Shown here piece after piece: positions 1-6,832 of a stretch of 53,078 nt of DNA (position 1 is the first letter of the stretch; each line of letters begins with the position of its first letter). The translations under genes were made by a program, and so were the position numbers. The DNA lies in the IMG/VR virus record IMGVR_UViG_3300033067_001252, positions 1 to 53,078 of that record. One strand, 5' to 3'. The notes beneath the pieces were generated by a model, which worked only from the letters and a program-made list of their open reading frames with translations, was not told the DNA's origin and ran no database searches. Origin of the DNA: a virus (Duplodnaviria > Caudoviricetes).

Positions 1-76
1 CACCGATGTAAAGATCCTTGAGCGGAACCATATTCACGGTGACGGTTTCGGGAGTAGCAGACTTCTTGACAGACAT
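1..76 (-). CDS. Partial CDS running off the window start (MSVKKSATPETVTVNMVPLKDLYIG...), possibly a ParB-like N-terminus
   Basis: ATG at 76 preceded by AGGAG (83-87, minus strand); frame open to position 1; the product guess is weak. Confidence 0.6.
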   Translation of the reverse strand, partial: MSVKKSATPETVTVNMVPLKDLYIG

Positions 77-108
77 TGTATTCTCCTAAAGGATGCGCGG
101 CATTGCGC

Positions 109-136
109 GCTAAGTTATTGATTCTAAAAGAGTTAG
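109..136. promoter_or_regulatory. IHF-consensus site, copy 1
   Basis: 111-123 on the minus strand reads AATCAATAACTTA, which fits WATCAANNNNTTR; near-identical 27-bp copy at 2502-2528. Confidence 0.55.
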
Positions 137-192
137 CCCTAGGGCGATACCTTGGGGCTTTTAAATAGTGGGAAATCAGATACCTCTGTAAG

Positions 193-441
193 TTACCTCA
201 GTAGCTTCGCAATTGACTCCCACGTGTGAAACGTGCATTCCACAAGATACGCGATTCCCTCGTGTTCCTCAAGGATATGAAGCGTAAACGACTTCCCATG
301 GTTCTCAGGCCACGCACCGTAGGCATCTTGGAAATATTGTGCCCACCCCAAAACCGTTTCATGGGGGAAGTCACTCAGAGGAACCTGGATTAAATCCCGT
401 TCCACGTCATAGACCGCGAGGGTCATCAAGAGCTTAGGCAT
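193..441 (-). CDS. Hypothetical protein (82 aa)
   Basis: ORF with AGGAG RBS, in operon with 450-689. Confidence 0.75.
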   Translation of the reverse strand: MPKLLMTLAVYDVERDLIQVPLSDFPHETVLGWAQYFQDAYGAWPENHGKSFTLHILEEHEGIAYLVECTFHTWESIAKLLR

Positions 442-449
442 TGTTTCTC

Positions 450-689
450 CTATTCGATAACAGGAATCCAGCGTAAGCTATTGTCTTGCATGGTTCCACC
501 GTTAGCCTCGTAATCAGCATACGATTGTGCATAGACCTCACCCAAATAATCCGCATAGGGGTGAGGAGTCTTGCTAATAGCCTTTTTTGCGTCCGTTGCC
601 CTAACTCTAGCGATTGGGCGTCCCTCTGGCGACCAAAACAATATCCACCATGTTTTATGCTGTGTCATAAAGCCTCCATCTAAACCCAC
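450..689 (-). CDS. Hypothetical early protein (start may be MTQHK at 668)
   Basis: ORF track; GGAGG upstream of the internal ATG; VRATDAKKA motif. Confidence 0.7.
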   Translation of the reverse strand: MGLDGGFMTQHKTWWILFWSPEGRPIARVRATDAKKAISKTPHPYADYLGEVYAQSYADYEANGGTMQDNSLRWIPVIE

Positions 690-789
690 CTTCGTTTACG
701 AGCAAAGATGAGGTTAGTACAGTCTCTATGATTTATGTACTATCAGGAACTATTCGATTGTCAAGGATCTACTCAACACACCTTCAAAA

Positions 790-807
790 GTGTAATCCAC
801 CTTACAC
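790..807. promoter_or_regulatory. Operator-like palindrome GTGTAA-N6-TTACAC
   Basis: Perfect inverted repeat; related copies at 1044-1061, 1130-1147 and 49856-49873. Confidence 0.6.
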
Positions 808-983
808 TCCAAGCGTCTCAGGGAGTAGTGGCCGCATTTAAGGGTTGATCCTCACCGGATGGGGTGCCAAAAGGGGTTAAATTTTCAAAGGGTTGAACTT
901 TTGACGGTTTGCGCGGTATCCTAAACGTAACGCGCGGGAGAGGGTGAAGCGTAAGGTCATGTTCATCATCACCTTACATAACC

Positions 984-1012
984 ATCATATCCGATCCCGC
1001 CCGGAATGTCAA
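984..1012 (-). promoter_or_regulatory. Sigma70-type promoter, leftward
   Basis: TTGACA (1012-1007), 17 bp, TATGAT (989-984). Confidence 0.8.
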
Positions 1013-1043
1013 TACCCCAGCGTTAAAAACTTAAATCTTTTTT

Positions 1044-1061
1044 CTGTAACCTACCTTACAG
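1044..1061. promoter_or_regulatory. Operator-like palindrome CTGTAA-N6-TTACAG
   Basis: Perfect 6-bp arms with 6-bp spacer, just upstream of the leftward -35. Confidence 0.6.
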
Positions 1062-1129
1062 TAGCCCCCATCCGCCCACATAAGTTCTGTAGTCCCCCTA
1101 ACGTAGCGCAAAATGACGTAGCCTAAATT

Positions 1130-1147
1130 GTGTAATCTCGCTTACAC
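1130..1147. promoter_or_regulatory. Operator-like palindrome GTGTAA-N6-TTACAC
   Basis: GTGTAATCTCGCTTACAC followed by TCC, as in the 790 copy. Confidence 0.6.
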
Positions 1148-1335
1148 TCCCAACGGTGCGGCACCACCTACCCTTCACAACCTAGCTAGTACAAGCTATC
1201 TATCATCTCTAAGTGGTTGAAAATGAAAGGGTTATTAAGGCGCCCCTACCATCCCAACGTACAAAAGTGTACAAATTAAATGCGCCTATATACCCAGATG
1301 TCTATGTATCCCCTAAGTTAGTATCCACTAATGTG

Positions 1336-1381
1336 GTAAATTTTACATGGTTCCCTAAGAGGTGTGTAATTTTTACATGGT
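1336..1381. repeat. Two direct repeats GTAA(A/T)TTTTACATGGT, 30 bp apart
   Basis: 1336-1351 and 1366-1381, 15 of 16 positions identical. Confidence 0.75.
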
Positions 1382-1410
1382 CCACCACCATTCACCCCCA
1401 GGTGTGCCCA

Positions 1411-1500
1411 CATTCGTTAGACCATCATTCGTTTGAACAAAGATCGTTGGAACAATGATTGTTTAAACAATAGTCGTTGCAACATATATCGTTACCACAA
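1411..1500. repeat. Six tandem degenerate 15-bp units, consensus nnnTCGTTnnAACAA
   Basis: cattcgttagaccat / cattcgtttgaacaa / agatcgttggaacaa / tgattgtttaaacaa / tagtcgttgcaacat / atatcgttaccacaa. Confidence 0.85.
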
Positions 1501-1744
1501 GGAAATACCCACTTTAGGGGAAGGTTCCAAACGAACTGTAAGCCACCCCACAGACCCCTGAGTGTAAGGTTGCCCACAGTGGTACGGGGAGAGAGGGCAT
1601 TGCCCTCTGACGTTGAGCCTTGGCTTTAATAGAATTCCAAATTTAGGGTAAATTTTGTGGCGGAAATTTTGTTTATAGCGAAAACCTCCCCTTGGAATAA
1701 AATTTTTTAATAAAAATTCCAAAACGAGGGGTTAGAATGGGGTC

Positions 1745-2500
1745 ATGGATAAGATGGACCAGGAAAAGGCGCTGGCGATTTTGGGGGCTATAGTTTCCCC
1801 CGGCACTACGATTGCGTCCCTCGGGTTAAATTCTTTAATGCCCCCCAAGGACGAATTTGAAAATAGTGTTTTTTCGCGTTTAGTAACCGACCCTCAAGGG
1901 AAGCCCCAAAGGACTGCGATGGGGGAAATGGAGATTCTTCCAGAAAGCGTAAGTGAGGGCGCGTTTTGGAAGAAAGGTTCCCCGATGCTCCCGAGGTTTT
2001 TGAAACCAGAAACCAAACTTTCCCCCACCACTCAGCAAAGGCTAGCGGAGGAGATTTTCAGGATGGTTCAGAAGACGCCCCCGGAGAGACAGATGAGTGC
2101 GGCAAAAGCGGCACTTGATTTAAATTCTAAACTTCCGGCAACGAAGGGGAAAAGCGTAACTGGGGCGGATATCCAAAAACTTGCGAAGGAAAGCGGATCA
2201 CAAAGCAAAGCGGCGGGGGAAGTGAATGGCCTTAGATTACTTCAAAGAGCACTCGCGAATAAATCCATCTACCACGGGTATAAAACAAATGAGGGGAGAA
2301 ATGTTTTATGGCAGGAGGCGTTTAAAGGACCCAAAGAAGCGGCGGATGTGAGGAACGCGATGGTGGATCGGAGAGTAGCTAAGAATGTGGCGACCCCCGA
2401 TGAGAAGCAAGAGTATGACCTCAGGATGAATGCTCAAAGGGACCCACTAGACGCTTTTGCGGAAACACTTAGGATGCTGGGTTTGAAGCCGCCGAATTAG
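1745..2500 (+). CDS. Hypothetical protein (251 aa), possibly leaderless
   Basis: Long ORF; TAGAAT (1733-1738) lies 6 nt before the ATG and there is no clear SD. Confidence 0.85.
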   Translation: MDKMDQEKALAILGAIVSPGTTIASLGLNSLMPPKDEFENSVFSRLVTDPQGKPQRTAMGEMEILPESVSEGAFWKKGSPMLPRFLKPETKLSPTTQQRLAEEIFRMVQKTPPERQMSAAKAALDLNSKLPATKGKSVTGADIQKLAKESGSQSKAAGEVNGLRLLQRALANKSIYHGYKTNEGRNVLWQEAFKGPKEAADVRNAMVDRRVAKNVATPDEKQEYDLRMNAQRDPLDAFAETLRMLGLKPPN

Positions 2501-2501
2501 A

Positions 2502-2528
2502 GCTAAGTTGTTGATTCTAAAGAACTTA
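2502..2528. promoter_or_regulatory. IHF-consensus site, copy 2
   Basis: Minus strand AATCAACAACTTA; TAAGTT...AACTTA inverted ends. Confidence 0.55.
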
Positions 2529-2714
2529 TCGTAATACAGGGGGGTTGGGTGGGGGTAAGTAGAACTAAGTTGTGTAGTAAAAAGACTCTCATATATTCCA
2601 AAAAGGAAGGAAGCGTAGCGTAGGGTTACTAGGCTAGCGTTCCCTTCCCTTCCGGGTTTTGGGGTCAATTCCATAATACCACGCTGTAGTCTTAAATTTT
2701 TAAATCCTCACGGA

Positions 2715-2723
2715 TGTTAGAAT
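2715..2723 (+). promoter_or_regulatory. Extended -10 promoter for the structural operon
   Basis: TGtTAGAAT just upstream of the AGGAG RBS of 2750. Confidence 0.55.
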
Positions 2724-2749
2724 CTGAATAGGAGAAAAACTCTTTTTAA

Positions 2750-3160
2750 ATGGCAACATCATACGTCGGTTCTTTCACGCCAGCAGGTGACGGTATCTCA
2801 TGGGTTACTGTAGCCAACCGCAACGGCACTATTTCTGGCACCTCAATTACCCTTCCCACAAATGAACAAACGGGTAATTTTCTAATCTACGCGGCCATTG
2901 AACGCTGCCGTAGGGCAATTATGAACGCCTTCTCAGCAGGCACCATTAACGAGAACTCTACTGTTTTGTGCTCCATGACGGTAGATAACAACGCGGACCC
3001 AATCACCTATACCTCTACTGCAACCTACGGAGGTGCTATCACAGGTGGGACCACCATCACCCTGCCAACGAACGAAACGGGAACCTCAACCCTCCCCTTC
3101 ATGGCGGCATTTGAGCGCTGGTCCCGAGCAGTTCTAAATGACCGGAGTGCGGGTAACTAA
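2750..3160 (+). CDS. Hypothetical, probably virion-associated protein with an internal two-fold repeat
   Basis: ITLPTNE...AA(I/F)ER..RA..N..SAG occurs twice; AGGAG RBS. Confidence 0.85.
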   Translation: MATSYVGSFTPAGDGISWVTVANRNGTISGTSITLPTNEQTGNFLIYAAIERCRRAIMNAFSAGTINENSTVLCSMTVDNNADPITYTSTATYGGAITGGTTITLPTNETGTSTLPFMAAFERWSRAVLNDRSAGN

Positions 3161-3171
3161 GGAGAAATAAA

Positions 3172-3450
3172 ATGCCTCTACCAAAAACAGCACAATCTTA
3201 TATCTTCTACACGGAAAAAACCGTAACTCCCGGCCAAATTGCCCTCGGAGGTTGCCTAGATGTGAACGTAAGCGCCACCAAGGCCCAGCCCACACATTTC
3301 TTTCAAGTCCAAATCCCCGCCCTCCACTCCGCTATCGGTATCGTGGATGCAAAATGCCTTAGCGCGGGTGTTGTGATAGTCCGCCTGATGAACCCCACCG
3401 GAAGCGCAATTACCCCCGCAGCCGGAACGTGGAAGATTCTAGCCCGCTAA
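3172..3450 (+). CDS. Small beta-rich putative structural/decoration protein
   Basis: AAGGAG RBS; VRLMNPTGSAITPAAGTW motif resembles small phage virion/fibre domains. Confidence 0.8.
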   Translation: MPLPKTAQSYIFYTEKTVTPGQIALGGCLDVNVSATKAQPTHFFQVQIPALHSAIGIVDAKCLSAGVVIVRLMNPTGSAITPAAGTWKILAR

Positions 3451-3462
3451 GAGGAGATTAAA

Positions 3463-3864
3463 ATGTTTAAGAAAACAGGCGCTCTGATCCTCGCCTTAGT
3501 TCTCACCCTAACGTCCGTTTCATTACCAATCTTCGCCGCAAGTGGTTCCTCCAAATTTACCAACGGGGGAACCATTGCTCTTAGCGAAGACATTCAAGTT
3601 GTACCCAGCGTAACTACCGATCTATCCACCACCGACACGTGGGTGTTTCAAATCATGGTCACAAATGTTACATCAAGCGCGGCAACTATAACTGTCCAAG
3701 ACAAAGCCGCCACACCTCGTTATCTCCTACCAACCGTATCCATCGCGGGTAACACCACCTACGTAATCGGTTTCCCAGAGGGGGTGAAGATGAAAAGCGG
3801 TATTACATGGTCAACTGGAACCGCAAGTGCTCTCCAAGCGAGTATTAAAGCAAAGAGGATTTAA
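3463..3864 (+). CDS. Signal-peptide beta-sandwich-like protein, paralog A
   Basis: MFKK plus hydrophobic core plus IFA|ASGS; roughly half identical (by eye) to 4793-5182. Confidence 0.85.
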   Translation: MFKKTGALILALVLTLTSVSLPIFAASGSSKFTNGGTIALSEDIQVVPSVTTDLSTTDTWVFQIMVTNVTSSAATITVQDKAATPRYLLPTVSIAGNTTYVIGFPEGVKMKSGITWSTGTASALQASIKAKRI

Positions 3865-4475
3865 TGAATATTTTAAAGAAACTCTCTGCGACATTCCTAA
3901 TCGTCTTCCTAGCATTCGGGCAAGTTACTTCCATCCCTATGGGAAATGTTTTTGGTGGCGAGAATTTATCATCCGCAGGTGCTATAGCTTATGTTGCTAG
4001 CAGCGGTACACTGACTTCAAATTCATCTTTCACATGGAATGGTACTTATTTATTTTTTCCTCAAAATATGGGTTTCGGATGGTCAGCAAGTGATCGTTTC
4101 ACCGCAAATACCGGAGGTGGCGGGTTTCTTAGATTAACTGCCGCAGGAACGACCATATACAACCTAGATAGAGATTCTTTATCGTGGGCATTTGGTAAAA
4201 GTAATACCACTACAGGGAGTACTGTTCACATTAAGGATGCTACCGCAAGTACAGGAACTACTCTTGTTACCATAGCTAGAGGAGCGGGTCAAACAGCCTC
4301 AAGTACTGTTTTGACTATGGATGGAGTACCTCAGTTTGGAGGTACAAATACCACTGGGGCAGGTTCAGCCCTCTTAGGTGCGAACTCCCCGGCGACCACG
4401 AACACCGCTCCATATACCTGGATTCGCATTGTAACTTCAGACGGTTCGACCGCTTATATTCCCGCTTGGAAATAG
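3864..4475 (+). CDS. Signal-peptide, short tail-fibre-like protein
   Basis: AFG|QVTSIP; G/T/S-rich beta repeats; fibre-tip-like C-terminus PYTWIRIVTSDGSTAYIPAWK. Confidence 0.75.
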   Translation: MNILKKLSATFLIVFLAFGQVTSIPMGNVFGGENLSSAGAIAYVASSGTLTSNSSFTWNGTYLFFPQNMGFGWSASDRFTANTGGGGFLRLTAAGTTIYNLDRDSLSWAFGKSNTTTGSTVHIKDATASTGTTLVTIARGAGQTASSTVLTMDGVPQFGGTNTTGAGSALLGANSPATTNTAPYTWIRIVTSDGSTAYIPAWK

Positions 4476-4487
4476 AAAGGAAATTAA

Positions 4488-4784
4488 ATGCCAAAGTTAA
4501 ACCTCAAAATCGACATCGGAGTTGATACTCAAAAATTTGAATTCCCCGCAGAGTTCGTAGATGCGGCCACTCAATTTATTGCCACCCAAATTACGGGCAC
4601 CCCACCTGTAGCAAAATACCCGGATGTCCATTCTCTTATTGTGGCTCTTATCGAATCCCTTGGTGATGCTATCCTAGAACTCTTCCCTCAAAGCGCCCAA
4701 GCCACCGCCAAAGCCGCCAAGGAAGCGGATCAGTTAACCCAAGCGACAAAGAAGAATGAGTATAAAAAAGCCACAAAGGTTTAA
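4488..4784 (+). CDS. Hypothetical protein, possible fibre assembly chaperone
   Basis: 98-aa helical protein directly after the fibre-like gene; AAAGGA RBS; function inferred from position only. Confidence 0.7.
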   Translation: MPKLNLKIDIGVDTQKFEFPAEFVDAATQFIATQITGTPPVAKYPDVHSLIVALIESLGDAILELFPQSAQATAKAAKEADQLTQATKKNEYKKATKV

Positions 4785-4792
4785 ATTTTAAA

Positions 4793-5182
4793 ATGTTAAA
4801 GATATTCGCAATCGTGGCCCTCACCATCTTATTTGTGGTGGGGGTTATTAACCCGTTAATTGGCGCATCAGGCTCCACCCGTTTCAACTACGGAAGCTAC
4901 ACCCTCACAGATTCCATCCAAACTGTTCCCACTTCCCCCACTTCGTTAAGTTCCTCGGATACCTATGTATTCCAGATTACAGTTACAAACATAACGGGAA
5001 GTGATGCCACCTTCACAGTTACAGACGGTAGTGGAAAATACCTATTCGCAGGTGTAACCGTGGGGGCAAATACCACTTACGTGATGGCATTCCCCGAGGG
5101 TCAAAAAATGTCTTCCGGCCTCTCCTGGTCCTCAGGAACCTCTAATGCCCTCCAAGCCTCTGTTCGTGCGCGTAGGACTTAA
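4793..5182 (+). CDS. Signal-peptide beta-sandwich-like protein, paralog B
   Basis: LIG|ASGS; shares VFQIxVTN, NTTYVxxFPEGxKM and ALQAS with 3463-3864. Confidence 0.85.
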   Translation: MLKIFAIVALTILFVVGVINPLIGASGSTRFNYGSYTLTDSIQTVPTSPTSLSSSDTYVFQITVTNITGSDATFTVTDGSGKYLFAGVTVGANTTYVMAFPEGQKMSSGLSWSSGTSNALQASVRARRT

Positions 5183-5187
5183 CGAAA

Positions 5188-6831
5188 ATGCGTAAATTCA
5201 TCGCCGCTGGAATTGGGATCGCGTTCCTCTTATGTGGAATCTACTTCCCCACTGGTGCCCAAATTTCATCAATCCCCGCCGCTAAGGGAGGTGGAGTCGT
5301 CCAAGCCTACCAAACAATTATGGACGAAGCTATCGCTCTATTCCAGCGCACCACGGTTAATTTCACCGGAAGCGGTATCACTTGTGTGGATAACCCCGGA
5401 TCAAGCCGCACCGATTGTACCGTGGGTGGTGGCACAACTTCTTCCGCAAATATCACTGACCTTGCAGTGACGAAAGATTCCTCCACGGTTCTAGACGTAG
5501 CAACTGGTATCTGGGGCCATGGAACCGCTTCAATGGCCACTCACGCGGGCACGAAAATCAATATCACTTCGCTAAGCATCTCTGCGGCCACAAACGCGAG
5601 TCCTATTGTTCTCACCACCTCGGATATGTCCGCCACTTCGGTACGCACTGGGGATACTGTAACCGTAGCTGGTGTGGGTGGCAATACCGCCGCTAATGGA
5701 ACTTGGGTTGTTGAAAAAGCCTCGAACACTTCGTTAAAACTCATCGGCTCCGTAGGAAGTGGCTCTTATACCTCAGGCGGCACAGTAGCAGGTACCGGAA
5801 GTGGGACCGCTTACATTTACGGAACCCCCCAAGGATACGTAACCATCGATTCTCCCGTAGCCGCAGCCCTAATCCTAACCTGCCCCACGGTATGTGTGAT
5901 GAACCAATCCACAACCCCCGCAGTACCAGATAACGGAACCCCCTTCGCGTCCGTTACAATCTCTTCTGGCGCATGGGGGACTGTAACTGACACTCGTAGA
6001 TTTCTTAATAGCGGCGCATCCGTAACTGGTGGAGATGGAATAACTATTTCTACCGCCGCTGGTGAGTCCGCAATTTCCGTAGACTCCACCGTAGCCCGCA
6101 CCTCAGGATCAAACTCATTTACAGGTTCCAACTCCTTCCTCGCCGCCACGTCAACGGCCCCCAACAGATCAGGTTCCGGTGCTCCTGGTGGCTCATGCTC
6201 CACTGGTGAAACTTATTTCCGCACCTCAGGGGTTACAGCGGGGCAAAATTTATATCTCTGCACTGCGCTCAATACCTGGACCCAAGTAACCGGAACCGGA
6301 GGCTCAACCCAAATCGTAACCTACCGTCTCCCCTTCACCGCTTCTACCGCCGATACCTCCGGTCGTTTCGCAATGCTTTGGAACACATCCCTGAACGTAA
6401 CCGCCGCTGGAAGAGATGCTACTGGAGGCACTTGCCCAACCACAAGTTCTCTCGCTGAGTGTGGCCTCATCTGGTATTCCACAGGAGTGGCCACCCAATC
6501 TTACGCCACCCATGATGTGATGATGCCCACTGGTTGGTCTTCCGGCACCGCTACGTTTTTCCTAACCTTTGGTGTAACCTCCACCGATGATCCCCAATGG
6601 CAGGTAAAAACGAAGTGCCTAACAAGCGGTTCTGCTCCAGGTGCGTTTAACTCAACCCAAAATCTCCCCACTGGGGCTGTCGTTGCGGGGAATATTTACA
6701 CCCGTAGTATCTCCCTAACCACAACGGGATGCGCCGCAAATCGCCCCATGATTATCTCCCTCACTCGTACTGATTCCGGGGGTGGATATGCGATTGTCTT
6801 TGACGGATTCGTAGAAATTCAGGTTCAATAA
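5188..6831 (+). CDS. Signal-peptide, T/S/G-rich multi-domain fibre/adhesin-like protein
   Basis: TGA|QISSIP; ISAATNASPIV...TGDTVTVAGV.GNTAANGTW module (E1-FCCH-like beta domain seen in phage tail proteins); 10 Cys in neighbouring pairs. Confidence 0.8.
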   Translation: MRKFIAAGIGIAFLLCGIYFPTGAQISSIPAAKGGGVVQAYQTIMDEAIALFQRTTVNFTGSGITCVDNPGSSRTDCTVGGGTTSSANITDLAVTKDSSTVLDVATGIWGHGTASMATHAGTKINITSLSISAATNASPIVLTTSDMSATSVRTGDTVTVAGVGGNTAANGTWVVEKASNTSLKLIGSVGSGSYTSGGTVAGTGSGTAYIYGTPQGYVTIDSPVAAALILTCPTVCVMNQSTTPAVPDNGTPFASVTISSGAWGTVTDTRRFLNSGASVTGGDGITISTAAGESAISVDSTVARTSGSNSFTGSNSFLAATSTAPNRSGSGAPGGSCSTGETYFRTSGVTAGQNLYLCTALNTWTQVTGTGGSTQIVTYRLPFTASTADTSGRFAMLWNTSLNVTAAGRDATGGTCPTTSSLAECGLIWYSTGVATQSYATHDVMMPTGWSSGTATFFLTFGVTSTDDPQWQVKTKCLTSGSAPGAFNSTQNLPTGAVVAGNIYTRSISLTTTGCAANRPMIISLTRTDSGGGYAIVFDGFVEIQVQ

Positions 6832-6832
6832 A

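Noticed and set aside
737-764. Second leftward promoter with TTGACA at 764-759
   Set aside because: No convincing -10 at 16-18 bp spacing
790-1147. Xer/dif or integrase att sites (TAA-N6-TTA core)
   Set aside because: Arms do not resemble XerC/XerD sites, spacers differ between copies and no recombinase is in the window; an operator reading fits better
1411-1500. CRISPR array or mini-array
   Set aside because: Units are 15 bp, contiguous and degenerate with no spacers; the Cas4-like gene is in a recombination module and no other cas genes are present
944-1722. ORFs 944-1126, 1213-1458 and 1492-1722
   Set aside because: No RBS, atypical composition, and they overlie promoters, palindromes and repeats; treated as non-coding
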